Notes under the pieces: generated by a model
Databases searched by the model: none
Told to the model about the DNA's origin: nothing
Seen by the model: the letters and a program-made list of their open reading frames with translations, nothing else
Made by a program: the position numbers and the translations under genes
Shown: one piece after another, positions 8,592-17,377 of the stretch
Layout: the number at the start of each line of letters is the position of its first letter
How positions within the stretch are numbered: the stretch's first letter is position 1
Assembly: GCA_037130265.1 (NCBI GenBank)
Contig: JBAXTI010000001.1
Span: 98,092-162,091, forward strand
Length of the DNA stretch: 64,000 nucleotides
DNA from: a bacterium
Lineage (GTDB): Bacteria; Patescibacteriota; Minisyncoccia; Phycocordibacterales; JBBTRF01
Reading direction: 5' to 3'

Positions 8592-9287
8592 ATGTCACAC
8601 GTCGTCCATCCATATGCACATCGATTGGGAATCATCCGAGACTGGAAGTCTCGCTGGTTTGGTGCTGACAAGACAAAGTACGTGGCGTACCTTAAGTGCG
8701 ACGTCACTCTTCGAGAGTATTTGGACAAGAAGCTCCGTGGTTTTTACACCGCCGGTGTAGACATCGAGCGAAATTCTAAGAACCTCCGAGTGGTCATCAA
8801 GACTTCTCGACCAGGTATGCTCATTGGTAAGAGCGGTGAGGGCGCGACCACTTTGCGAAATGACATCCTTAATTTCATCAAGAAGAACAAGCTTGCGATG
8901 CCTCCAGAGCTCAAGCTCGACATCGAAGAGGTGCGATCTCCAGAGTCAAACGCCGCTATTGTAGCGTACACTGTTGCAGAAGGTCTCGAGAAGCGACTTC
9001 CATTCCGACGTGTCATGAAGCAGACTATTGAGAAGGTGATGGCGAACCGAGACGTATTGGGAGTGAAGATTTACCTCACTGGCCGACTTGGTGGCGCCGA
9101 CATGGCCCGACAGGAAGAGCTTAAGCGTGGCCGAGTTCCTCTCCAGACCTTGCGAGCGGATGTTGATTTCAAGCGCGAGAAGGCACACATGACCTACGGT
9201 GATATCGGCATCAAGGTATGGATCTACCGAGGTGAGATCTTTGCTGAGAAGGCGAAGACCGCAAAGCCTAACCACAATCAGAACTAA
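8592..9287 (+). CDS. rpsC: 30S ribosomal protein S3
   Basis: MSHVVHPYAHRLGIIRDWKSRWF...; start chosen just after the rplV stop (the ORF track 8544 start overlaps L22). Confidence 0.92.
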   Translation: MSHVVHPYAHRLGIIRDWKSRWFGADKTKYVAYLKCDVTLREYLDKKLRGFYTAGVDIERNSKNLRVVIKTSRPGMLIGKSGEGATTLRNDILNFIKKNKLAMPPELKLDIEEVRSPESNAAIVAYTVAEGLEKRLPFRRVMKQTIEKVMANRDVLGVKIYLTGRLGGADMARQEELKRGRVPLQTLRADVDFKREKAHMTYGDIGIKVWIYRGEIFAEKAKTAKPNHNQN

Positions 9288-9298
9288 CCAACACCACC

Positions 9299-9715
9299 AT
9301 GTTACTCCCAAAGAAAGTAAAACATCGCAAGTGGCACCGAATGCGCCGAAACTACGCTAAGCCTTTCATCGAGACTCGAGGCATTGCTTTGGCGTTCGGT
9401 TCATTTGGCCTCAAGGCGATGACTCCTGCGCGAGTAACCTCAAACCAGATCGAAGCAGCTCGAAAGGTTATTGCTCGATTTGCTGGAAAGTCTGGAAAGG
9501 TGTGGATCCGTATCTTCCCAGATATGCCATATACTGCCAAGGCTGCGGAAGTGCCGATGGGTTCTGGAAAGGGTGAGCCACAGGGATACTGTGCAGAGGT
9601 AAAAGCAGGCCGAATCATCTTCGAAGTGGACGGTGTTGTCGACACCGAAGCAAAGGAGGCTCTCCGAAAGGCGGGCACCAAGCTCCCATTGAAGTCTAAA
9701 GTCATTTCACGATAA
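9299..9715 (+). CDS. rplP: 50S ribosomal protein L16
   Basis: MLLPKKVKHRKWHR...GSGKGEPQGYCAEVKAGRIIFE. Confidence 0.95.
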   Translation: MLLPKKVKHRKWHRMRRNYAKPFIETRGIALAFGSFGLKAMTPARVTSNQIEAARKVIARFAGKSGKVWIRIFPDMPYTAKAAEVPMGSGKGEPQGYCAEVKAGRIIFEVDGVVDTEAKEALRKAGTKLPLKSKVISR

Positions 9716-9720
9716 CTCCC

Positions 9721-10005
9721 ATGAAAGAAATCAAGAAAATCAGCGACAAAGAACTTTTGAAGGCCATCGATGAGAAGCGAGTAGCTTTGAAAGAATTTCG
9801 ACTTGGCTCTTCAGGTAGCAAGCTCAAGGATGTGAAGGCTGGCCGAAACCTCCGAAAGGATATCGCCCGACTTCTCACCGAAGTGTCTGCGCGAAACAAC
9901 GCCGCTCCTGTCGCCCCAGCTGCTCCAAAAGCAGTTGCTGCACCAAAGAAGGCTGTAAAGGCAAAGGTTGCTAAGGTCACTAAGACTAAGGTTGCCACTA
10001 AATAA
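9721..10005 (+). CDS. rpmC: 50S ribosomal protein L29 (with APK-rich C-terminal extension)
   Basis: Position between L16 and S17; coiled N-terminus ELLKAIDEKRVALKEFR. Confidence 0.88.
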   Translation: MKEIKKISDKELLKAIDEKRVALKEFRLGSSGSKLKDVKAGRNLRKDIARLLTEVSARNNAAPVAPAAPKAVAAPKKAVKAKVAKVTKTKVATK

Positions 10006-10010
10006 TTTCC

Positions 10011-10295
10011 ATGGAAAAGAACACAAAAATCAAAGCAGCTTCTGGTACCGCTCCTGCGGCAGTTGTTGCATCAGAGCCAAAGACCCTCACTGGTAAGGTC
10101 GTGTCTGACAAGATGAAGGACACCATCGTCGTCGCTGTTGATACTTTCAACAAAATGCCAAAGTACGGCAAGTACATGAAGAGCACCAAGCGATTCCAGG
10201 CTCACGATGCAGGTAACACCAAGAAGATTGGCGACACCGTCACTATCGTTGAGACTCGACCCATCTCAAAGAATAAGCATTTTCGAGTCATTTAA
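10011..10295 (+). CDS. rpsQ: 30S ribosomal protein S17
   Basis: KTLTGKVVSDKMKDTIVVAV...AHDAGNTKKIGDTVTIVETRPISK. Confidence 0.92.
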   Translation: MEKNTKIKAASGTAPAAVVASEPKTLTGKVVSDKMKDTIVVAVDTFNKMPKYGKYMKSTKRFQAHDAGNTKKIGDTVTIVETRPISKNKHFRVI

Positions 10296-10304
10296 TACAC
10301 TCAT

Positions 10305-10676
10305 ATGATCCAACCACGCTCAATCGTAACTATTGCAGACAACACCGGCGCGAAGATCGGACGTATCTTCAAAGTGCTTGGTAGTGCAGGGAAGCGATAC
10401 GCTCAGATCGGTGAGCTTGTGATCCTCTCTGTGCAGAAGGCAGAGCCTCGAAAGGCAATCAAGAAGAAGGATGTGCTCCGAGCAGTGGTGGTGCGACAGC
10501 GCAACCCATTCCGACGCAAGGATGGTTCTTACATCCGATTCGACGAGAATGCTGTGGTAATCATCGAGCGAGAGAAGACAGAGCCGATCGGTGGTCGTGT
10601 CTTCGGACCAATTCCTCGAGAGATTGCGGAAAAGGGTTTCCAGAAGATTGCTTCTTTGGCCCCAGAAATCGTATAA
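10305..10676 (+). CDS. rplN: 50S ribosomal protein L14
   Basis: MIQPRSIVTIADNTGAK... Confidence 0.95.
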   Translation: MIQPRSIVTIADNTGAKIGRIFKVLGSAGKRYAQIGELVILSVQKAEPRKAIKKKDVLRAVVVRQRNPFRRKDGSYIRFDENAVVIIEREKTEPIGGRVFGPIPREIAEKGFQKIASLAPEIV

Positions 10677-10698
10677 CGACACCATTAACCATACTCCA

Positions 10699-10929
10699 AT
10701 GCACGTAAAAAAAGACGAAAACGTAATAGTAATTGCCGGAAAGGACAAGGGCAAGAAAGGAAAGATCCTCAAGGCGATGCCAAAGGAGAATTTGGTATTG
10801 GTGGACGGCGTCAATGTCCAGAAGCGCCACATCAAGGCTCAGCGAAACGGGAAGAAGGGCGAGATTATCGAGAAGGCGATGCCGATTCACGTCTCAAACG
10901 TCAAGCTCGTCGAAGCTCGTAAGAAATAA
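10699..10929 (+). CDS. rplX: 50S ribosomal protein L24
   Basis: MHVKKDENVIVIAGKDKGKKGKIL (KOW motif); start set after the rplN stop. Confidence 0.9.
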   Translation: MHVKKDENVIVIAGKDKGKKGKILKAMPKENLVLVDGVNVQKRHIKAQRNGKKGEIIEKAMPIHVSNVKLVEARKK

Positions 10930-10940
10930 TTATAACTATC

Positions 10941-11522
10941 ATGAACGGAGTAAAAGAAAAGCAGAGTAAGACATTCGAGACCATCAAGGGGGCACTCGGC
11001 ATCACCAATGTGATGGAAACACCAAAGCTTGTAAAAGTGGTGCTTTCGTCTGGCATTGGTTCTGTAAAGGACAAGAAGAAGATCGAGCTCATCGCCGACC
11101 GTATGAACCGCATTGCGGGTCAGAAGGTGGTGGTGAAGACTGCGAAGAAGTCCATCGCAACCTTCAAGTCTCGAGAGGGCGACCCTGCAGGCTACCAGGT
11201 GACCCTCAGAGGCGACCGAATGGTAAACTTCCTCAACAAGCTCATCAACATCGCTCTTCCTCGAACCAAGGACTTCCGAGGTATTGCTCGAAAGGCGATC
11301 GATGAGATGGGAAACATCAATATCGGTATCCGTGAGCACACCATCTTCCCTGAGACTTCAGACGAAGAGCTCAAGGACGTCTTCGGCTTCGCGGCGACCA
11401 TTGTCACTACGGCGAAGGATGCGAAGTCGGCAGAAATCTTCTTCGAGTACCTCGGCATCCCATTTATGAAGCCTGAGGAGGAGAAGAAATTGGCAGCTAA
11501 GGGTCGAAAATCCAAGGAATAA
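10941..11522 (+). CDS. rplE: 50S ribosomal protein L5
   Basis: ...NIALPRTKDFRGI...EHTIFPE... Confidence 0.93.
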   Translation: MNGVKEKQSKTFETIKGALGITNVMETPKLVKVVLSSGIGSVKDKKKIELIADRMNRIAGQKVVVKTAKKSIATFKSREGDPAGYQVTLRGDRMVNFLNKLINIALPRTKDFRGIARKAIDEMGNINIGIREHTIFPETSDEELKDVFGFAATIVTTAKDAKSAEIFFEYLGIPFMKPEEEKKLAAKGRKSKE

Positions 11523-11531
11523 TCAAAGCAA

Positions 11532-11585
11532 GAGAGCGTGGTTTGACATCAGCAGTCCGTATTGCTAGTATGTCTCCACGCTCTC
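11532..11585 (+). promoter_or_regulatory. Hairpin (gagagcgtgg / ccacgctctc) whose loop contains a consensus-spaced promoter (ttgaca-17-tagtat) between rplE and rpsZ
   Basis: 10-bp stem flanking ttgaca (11543-48) and tagtat (11566-71). Confidence 0.5.
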
Positions 11586-11618
11586 AAAGAGCCTCATTTT
11601 TTTAATTACCAACACACC

Positions 11619-11804
11619 ATGGCGAAAACATCAGTCATCGCACGATCTCAGAAGAAACCGAAATTTTCTACTCGGATTGTTCGACGATGTTTCCGTTGCG
11701 GACGAAAGCGAGGTTTTATGCGAGATTTCGGTCTCTGCCGTATTTGCTTCCGTGAATACGCAAACGAAGGTATGATCCCAGGCATTAAAAAATCATCATG
11801 GTAA
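11619..11804 (+). CDS. rpsZ: 30S ribosomal protein S14 type Z (zinc-binding, 61 aa)
   Basis: [46 protein letters not shown]: CxxC...CxxC. Confidence 0.92.
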   Translation: MAKTSVIARSQKKPKFSTRIVRRCFRCGRKRGFMRDFGLCRICFREYANEGMIPGIKKSSW

Positions 11805-12190
11805 GAGATACACTCAGCGATTATATTTCAAACATCAAGAACGCCGCTGCTTCACAGAAGGAGCTCGTCACTTTGCCTTACTCGAACCTTTTGATGGCCG
11901 TCACCGACGTGCTTGAGACAGAAGGGTATGTGAAGAATACCACCAAGAAGGGCAAGAAGGGGATTAAGAGCGTCGAGATCAAATTGGTCTACGCTGGCAA
12001 CCTTGCTCGCATCCACGGTGCGGAGCGCATTTCAAAGCCTTCAAAGCGCATTTACGCTGGCTCTACCGATCTTCCTCGAGTGAAGAATGGTTTTGGTCTC
12101 ATCATCGTCTCGACCTCAAAGGGCGTCATGACCGATGTGCAGGCACGAAAGGATGGTCTTGGCGGGGAGCTTCTCTTTAAGATTTGGTAA
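11798..12190 (+). CDS. rpsH: 30S ribosomal protein S8
   Basis: [16 protein letters not shown]...GGELLFKIW; overlaps the rpsZ stop. Confidence 0.93.
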   Translation: MVRDTLSDYISNIKNAAASQKELVTLPYSNLLMAVTDVLETEGYVKNTTKKGKKGIKSVEIKLVYAGNLARIHGAERISKPSKRIYAGSTDLPRVKNGFGLIIVSTSKGVMTDVQARKDGLGGELLFKIW

Positions 12191-12208
12191 TTATTTAATC
12201 ATACCCAC

Positions 12209-12742
12209 ATGTCACGAATTGGAAAAAAACCTCTCGCCATCCCTGAAATGACCACTGTTACCGTGGCTGGTAAGACCGTGACCGTAAAGGGTCCACTCGG
12301 AGAGTTGGTTCGCGACATTCATCCATTGATCAGTGTTGTTATTACTGATGGCTCAGTCGTCGTGACCGCACAGAACGCCACCGCCGAGGCAAAGATGCTC
12401 TGGGGCACCTGGTCTTCACATATCATGAACATGATGGAAGGTGTTACCAAGGGCTACACTAAGAAGCTCATTGTCGAAGGTATCGGTTACAAGTCTGATG
12501 TAAAGGGCGACACTCTCGCAATGTCTCTCGGCTTTTCACACCCTGTGAACATGAAGCTCCCAAAGGGTCTCAAGGTCACTGCGGAAAAGAACCTCATCAC
12601 CATCACTGGTCAGGACAAGGAGCTCGTTGGTCAGTTTGCGGCACAGGTCCGTGCAAACAAGGTTCCTGAGCCTTACAAGGGCAAGGGTATCCGATACGAT
12701 GACGAGACCATCCGACGAAAGGAAGGTAAGAAGACTGCATAA
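12209..12742 (+). CDS. rplF: 50S ribosomal protein L6
   Basis: MSRIGKKPLAIPEMTTVTVAGKTVTVKGPLGEL. Confidence 0.93.
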   Translation: MSRIGKKPLAIPEMTTVTVAGKTVTVKGPLGELVRDIHPLISVVITDGSVVVTAQNATAEAKMLWGTWSSHIMNMMEGVTKGYTKKLIVEGIGYKSDVKGDTLAMSLGFSHPVNMKLPKGLKVTAEKNLITITGQDKELVGQFAAQVRANKVPEPYKGKGIRYDDETIRRKEGKKTA

Positions 12743-12759
12743 TCCATCATCACACCCAC

Positions 12760-13113
12760 ATGGCTACTACTAAAACACAACTTGCACAGATCACCCGAGC
12801 ACGACGCCAAAAGCGAATTCGCTCGAAGATTTCTGGTACTGCAGAATGCCCTCGCCTTGCTGTGTATCGATCAAATAAGTATGTGTACGCTCAGCTCATC
12901 AACGATGAAGCAGGGAAGACTCTCGCAGCATCTTCTTCTCTAAAGATGAAGGGCAAGATGATGGAGAAGGCAGTCATGGTGGGCAAGGAAATCGCGGAGA
13001 AGGCGAAGACTTTGAAGATTGGCAAGGCCGTCTTCGATCGAGGTGGTTTCATCTACACCGGTAAGATCAAGGCCATCGCCGACGCTGCCCGAGCCGGCGG
13101 CCTCACATTCTAA
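12760..13113 (+). CDS. rplR: 50S ribosomal protein L18
   Basis: PRLAVYRSNKYVYAQLINDEAGKTLAASSS. Confidence 0.92.
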   Translation: MATTKTQLAQITRARRQKRIRSKISGTAECPRLAVYRSNKYVYAQLINDEAGKTLAASSSLKMKGKMMEKAVMVGKEIAEKAKTLKIGKAVFDRGGFIYTGKIKAIADAARAGGLTF

Positions 13114-13120
13114 TACTTAT

Positions 13121-13834
13121 ATGGATACCAACCCAACACAATCAAACACCCCTGTAGAAGCAAAGCCAGCACCAAAGGCGGGAACTGCGCCTACTCAGCA
13201 GATTGCTCAGGCAGAAGGGAAGAATCCTCAGCCGGTTCGAAGTGGTTTCGGTGGTTTCAGCCGAGGTGGCGCACGCGGAGGTGCTTCAGCTGGCGGAGAC
13301 CGACCTCGACGTGGTCCAGCTCGAGAGCCTCGAGCAAAGCCTGAGTTTGATCAGAAGATCATCAGCATCCGACGTGTGACTCGAGTCGCAGCCGGCGGAC
13401 GACGCTTCACCTTCTCTGTAGCTATTGCTGCAGGAAACCGAAAGGGTTGGGTAGGTGTTGGTACCGGCAAGGCTGGTGACACTGCTATTGCTATCGACAA
13501 GGCAATGCGAAGTGCAAAGAAGCACATGATCAAGCTCTCTTTGACCAAAGATATGTCAGTCCCTTACGATGTTGATGCAAAGTACTGCAGCGCACGAGTG
13601 TCTATCCGACCAAACCGAGCAAAGGGTCTCGTTGCAGGTAGTTCAGTGCGAAACGTCTTGGAATTGGCAGGTGTAAAGAACGTTACTGCAAAGCTTTTTT
13701 CAGGCACAAAAGACCATTTGAATAACGCACGAGCCGCTATCAAGGCGCTCTCAGTATTTGACCCAAAGAACGTACAGCATCGATTGGTTCGACCAGCACG
13801 AGCTGCTCACACCGCAGGCACTGTAAAGGCGTAA
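13121..13834 (+). CDS. rpsE: 30S ribosomal protein S5 with about 90-aa low-complexity N-terminal extension (RGG/Gly-Arg rich)
   Basis: Core IISIRRVTRVAAGGRRFTFSVAIAAGNRKGWVGVGTGKA...; N-terminus FGGFSRGGARGGASAGGDRPRRG. Confidence 0.9.
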   Translation: MDTNPTQSNTPVEAKPAPKAGTAPTQQIAQAEGKNPQPVRSGFGGFSRGGARGGASAGGDRPRRGPAREPRAKPEFDQKIISIRRVTRVAAGGRRFTFSVAIAAGNRKGWVGVGTGKAGDTAIAIDKAMRSAKKHMIKLSLTKDMSVPYDVDAKYCSARVSIRPNRAKGLVAGSSVRNVLELAGVKNVTAKLFSGTKDHLNNARAAIKALSVFDPKNVQHRLVRPARAAHTAGTVKA

Positions 13835-13844
13835 TCCAACCCCC

Positions 13845-14285
13845 ATGCAATCACACCAAATCAACCGAATTCATAAGAACAAGATCAGCCGCCAGGTAGC
13901 GCGCGGTGGAAAGCGTGGCAAGACTGCAGGTCGAGGTACCAAGGGTCAGAACTCTCGATCTGGACGCAAGAAGCGACCAGAAATGCGAGATATCATCAAG
14001 AAGATTCCAAAGCTCCGAGGCCGAGGCCGAAATAGCTTCCTCGGTTTCCAGTTGGCGATGGTCCCTGTCAATTTTGAGGCAATCGAAAAGCACTTCTCAG
14101 CAGGGGATGAGGTCAATCCAGAGACCCTTGTTGCAAAGGGTTTGATCGAAATGTTCAAGGGAGGTTTCCCTCCAGTGAAGATTCTCGCAGAAGGCGAGCT
14201 CACGAAGAAGGTAACTGTCTCAGGCTGTGCAGTATCTGCTCCAGCTAAGGCAAAGATCGAGAAGGCGGGCGGTATGGTAAAATAA
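13845..14285 (+). CDS. rplO: 50S ribosomal protein L15 (follows rpsE directly; no L30 gene)
   Basis: GGKRGKTAGRGTKGQNSRSGRKKRPEMRD... Confidence 0.93.
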   Translation: MQSHQINRIHKNKISRQVARGGKRGKTAGRGTKGQNSRSGRKKRPEMRDIIKKIPKLRGRGRNSFLGFQLAMVPVNFEAIEKHFSAGDEVNPETLVAKGLIEMFKGGFPPVKILAEGELTKKVTVSGCAVSAPAKAKIEKAGGMVK

Positions 14286-14322
14286 TCGTGGGGCGTAGCC
14301 CCGTAACCTAAACGGCACTCCT

Positions 14323-15603
14323 ATGGCAACGCTTATCGAAAAAATGAAACTCATCTTCACTGACAAGCTCCTTCGCAAGAAGGTGTTGTTTGTGTTGATT
14401 GGCCTGGTCTTGTTCCGCCTCCTCGCTACTATCCCAGTCCCAGGAGTGGATGTCATCCGACTGGAAGCCTTTTTCCGCACCAATGAATTTTTGAGTCTCA
14501 TCAACATCTTTTCAGGTAGTGGTTTGTCGAATCTTTCTGTCGTAATGCTTGGTGTCGGTCCGTACATCACTGCGTCTATCATTATGCAGCTCCTCACCAT
14601 GATGTCGCCAAAGCTTAAGGCGATGTATCAAGAAGAAGGGGATGCTGGACGCATTAAGTTTTCTCAATACTCTCGACGTCTCAGCATTCCTCTTGCGATG
14701 GTACAGGCGTACGGCTTCCTCCTTCTCTTGTCGAAGCAGGGGTTGCTCGGCAATCTCAGCGGCACCAGTCTTTTTGTGAATATTATCGTGATCACTGCTG
14801 GTTCAGCGCTCCTTATGTGGATTGGTGAACTGATCACCGAATACGGCATCGGCAACGGTCTCTCTATGATCATCTTCGCTGGTATCGTCTCACGCGTTCC
14901 TGCGGTGGCCGGACAGTTCCGAGACATTCTCGCGGCCGATCCTTCAAAATTACCTCTCTATATTGCTTTTGCACTTATTGCCTGTGTCGTGATCTGGGCG
15001 GTGGTTATTATCACCGAAGCGGAGCGTTCGATCCCTGTCACCTATGCCAAGCAGATGCACGGTAGCAACGCTACCAACGGTGGTTCCACCTATCTTCCTT
15101 TGCGAGTCAATCAGGCTGGTGTGATTCCAATCATTTTCGCTTTGTCGATCCTCCTTTTGCCGCAAATGGTCTTCAACTTCTTGAAAGAATTGAGTACTAA
15201 TCCAACTCTCATCGATATCTCACAGAAGGCGCTCCTATTGCTGAACAACAACTGGTTTCATGCGATCGCATATTTTGTGCTCGTCTTCCTCTTCACTTAC
15301 TTCTACACCGCGGTTACGTTTGATCCTCAGCAGATTGCCTCAAACCTCCAGAAGGGTGGCGCATTCATCCCAGGTGTTCGACCAGGCGACTCTACCGCTG
15401 AGTATCTTTCAAAGGTGGTGACTCGTATTACGCTCGTTGGTGCGGTCTTTTTGTCAGCAATTGCGGTGCTCCCACTCATCTTGCAGAATACGACTGGCAA
15501 CACTTCGTTTGCGATTGGCGGTACTGCGCTTTTGATTGTTGTGTCTGTCGTCATTGATTTGGTGAAGAAGATTGAGGGACAGGTTTCGATGCGGTCTTAC
15601 TAG
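14323..15603 (+). CDS. secY: Preprotein translocase subunit SecY
   Basis: 10-TM protein; SIIMQLLT, GIGNGLSMIIFAGIV signatures. Confidence 0.95.
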   Translation: MATLIEKMKLIFTDKLLRKKVLFVLIGLVLFRLLATIPVPGVDVIRLEAFFRTNEFLSLINIFSGSGLSNLSVVMLGVGPYITASIIMQLLTMMSPKLKAMYQEEGDAGRIKFSQYSRRLSIPLAMVQAYGFLLLLSKQGLLGNLSGTSLFVNIIVITAGSALLMWIGELITEYGIGNGLSMIIFAGIVSRVPAVAGQFRDILAADPSKLPLYIAFALIACVVIWAVVIITEAERSIPVTYAKQMHGSNATNGGSTYLPLRVNQAGVIPIIFALSILLLPQMVFNFLKELSTNPTLIDISQKALLLLNNNWFHAIAYFVLVFLFTYFYTAVTFDPQQIASNLQKGGAFIPGVRPGDSTAEYLSKVVTRITLVGAVFLSAIAVLPLILQNTTGNTSFAIGGTALLIVVSVVIDLVKKIEGQVSMRSY

Positions 15604-15626
15604 TAAAGAAATTGCGGTGTATACAT

Positions 15627-15703
15627 GGGGTACGCATAAATCTCTGCTGAGATTTTGCTCCGGCTCGCGCCAGTCGCGCTCCGCAGTCCCTGTTTTTTGT
15701 TTG
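15627..15703 (+). terminator. Copy B of the conserved 64-nt structured element (15627-15690) plus U-tract: terminator of secY/spc operon
   Basis: Aligns base-for-base with 1083-1146, with compensatory changes in both hairpins; followed by tgttttttgtttg. Confidence 0.7.
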
Positions 15704-15758
15704 CGCGCGGGTAGGTGAAAACACTGACAGACGGGCCTTCGGGTGATATTATGGCGAC

Positions 15759-16415
15759 ATGAACGAAAAAGCATCTACAGCTACAGCGGCTCCGCAAACC
15801 TTCATATTTATCGGCCGATCGGGGTCGGGGAAGGGTACGCAGGCGACCTTGCTTCAGGCATATTTGGAAAAGGGTGCAGGCAGGAGTGGCGACGTTGCTG
15901 GTGCGGGGGCTGCGCCGGTGAAATATCTCCAGACCGGTGCGGAGTTCCGCTCTTTTTTGCAGGGCGATTCGTATACGCAGAAGACGGCGAAGGCTTTGTC
16001 GACAAAGGGGGCATTACAGCCGGCGTTCTTGGCGATCTACATGTGGGCGAAGTTTTTCACCGAGAAGCTCACTGGAGGCGAGCATTTGATTATTGATGGT
16101 ACGCCTCGCAAGCGTGATGAGGCGCAGGTGCTCGACAGCGTCTTCGGCTTTTATGGTCGCACGAAACCAGTCATCCTTTTCATGAATGTTTCTGAGGTAG
16201 AGGCGGCTCGAAGACTCGCCGCCCGCCAGCGCCTCGACGACAACAGTGTCGAAATCCGTGGCCGCCTCGCTTGGTACAAGACCGATGTTGAGCCAGCAGT
16301 GGAGTGGTACCGTACCAATCCAAACTATCGCTTTGTCGAAGTGAACGGCGAACAGTCGGAAGCGAAGATTCACGAGGATATTGTCGCTGCAGTTGTGGCC
16401 ACGCCCACCAAATAA
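15759..16415 (+). CDS. adk: Adenylate kinase
   Basis: FIFIGRSGSGKGTQA P-loop, short LID without a zinc knuckle; position after secY. Confidence 0.88.
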   Translation: MNEKASTATAAPQTFIFIGRSGSGKGTQATLLQAYLEKGAGRSGDVAGAGAAPVKYLQTGAEFRSFLQGDSYTQKTAKALSTKGALQPAFLAIYMWAKFFTEKLTGGEHLIIDGTPRKRDEAQVLDSVFGFYGRTKPVILFMNVSEVEAARRLAARQRLDDNSVEIRGRLAWYKTDVEPAVEWYRTNPNYRFVEVNGEQSEAKIHEDIVAAVVATPTK

Positions 16416-16416
16416 C

Positions 16417-17250
16417 ATGTCTTTAATTAAATCTCCGGCCGATATTTTATTACTCAGAGAAGCGGGGAAGCGCCACGCACGGATTTTACGTGTGGTATCA
16501 GAGATGGTGAAGCCTGGCATTGAGACACGGGCGATCGACGATCGTATTTATATGCTGATTACCAAGGGCGATGCGAAGCTCGGTATTACTGGCGGCGATG
16601 AACCCTCATTGCTCAATTTCCAGCCCGATTTTGCTGATCGACCATTTCCAGCATCGTCTTGTATTTCTGTGAATGAAGAAGTGGTGCATGGCATTCCCAA
16701 CGAAAACAATCGTGTGCTTCAAGTGGGTGACATCGTCAGTATCGACTTTGGTCTGCTGCACAAGGGTGTGTATACCGACGCCGCTGTGACTGTATCTGTG
16801 GTGGGTGAAGGTGTCGGTGTGGATGGTGCTGTGGTCGCTGGTGGTGTCTCGCCTGAGATTCAGAAACTATTATCTGCGACGAAAGAGGCGCTCGTTGCAG
16901 GAATTAAAGCTGCGAAGGGCGGAGCGCGCATTGGCGACATTGGCTATGCCATCGAGCAGGTGTGTAAAAAACACAAACTCGGCTTGGTGGAAGAGTTGTG
17001 TGGTCATGGAGTGGGGAATGCTGCGCACGAGGAGCCGTATGTGCCGAATTTTGGCAAGCGTGGTGACGGTATGCTCCTGAAGCCTGGCATGGTACTCGCG
17101 ATTGAGCCGATGTTTAATCTTGGCACGGCCAATATCGTCCTCATGCCTGACGGCTACACCTTCCGCACCGCCGATATGAAGCCAAGCGCCCATTTTGAGC
17201 ATACGGTACTTATCCGTGAGGGGGATGCGGAGGTTTTGACGGTAGAGTAG
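16417..17250 (+). CDS. map: Methionine aminopeptidase type I (with internal insertion)
   Basis: HGVGNAAHEEPYVPNFG, GMVLAIEPMFNLG metal-ligand motifs. Confidence 0.9.
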   Translation: MSLIKSPADILLLREAGKRHARILRVVSEMVKPGIETRAIDDRIYMLITKGDAKLGITGGDEPSLLNFQPDFADRPFPASSCISVNEEVVHGIPNENNRVLQVGDIVSIDFGLLHKGVYTDAAVTVSVVGEGVGVDGAVVAGGVSPEIQKLLSATKEALVAGIKAAKGGARIGDIGYAIEQVCKKHKLGLVEELCGHGVGNAAHEEPYVPNFGKRGDGMLLKPGMVLAIEPMFNLGTANIVLMPDGYTFRTADMKPSAHFEHTVLIREGDAEVLTVE

Positions 17251-17253
17251 AAA

Positions 17254-17277
17254 AGCCCTTAAAACAAGGGTTTTTTC
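17254..17277 (+). terminator. Rho-independent terminator after map
   Basis: cccttaaaacaaggg hairpin plus tttttt. Confidence 0.7.
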
Positions 17278-17290
17278 GGCCTTCCTGCTA

Positions 17291-17319
17291 TTGACTTTGT
17301 AGACTCATTGTGCTATAAT
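17291..17319 (+). promoter_or_regulatory. Consensus sigma70 promoter (ttgact-17-tataat) driving the first gene of the accessory cassette
   Basis: ttgact 17291-96, exact 17-nt spacer, tataat 17314-19. Confidence 0.7.
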
Positions 17320-17377
17320 ACTCAGCAGGAAAGCACATTGACACAAGCAGACAAAAAAGCGCCTAACAGCGCCGCAT

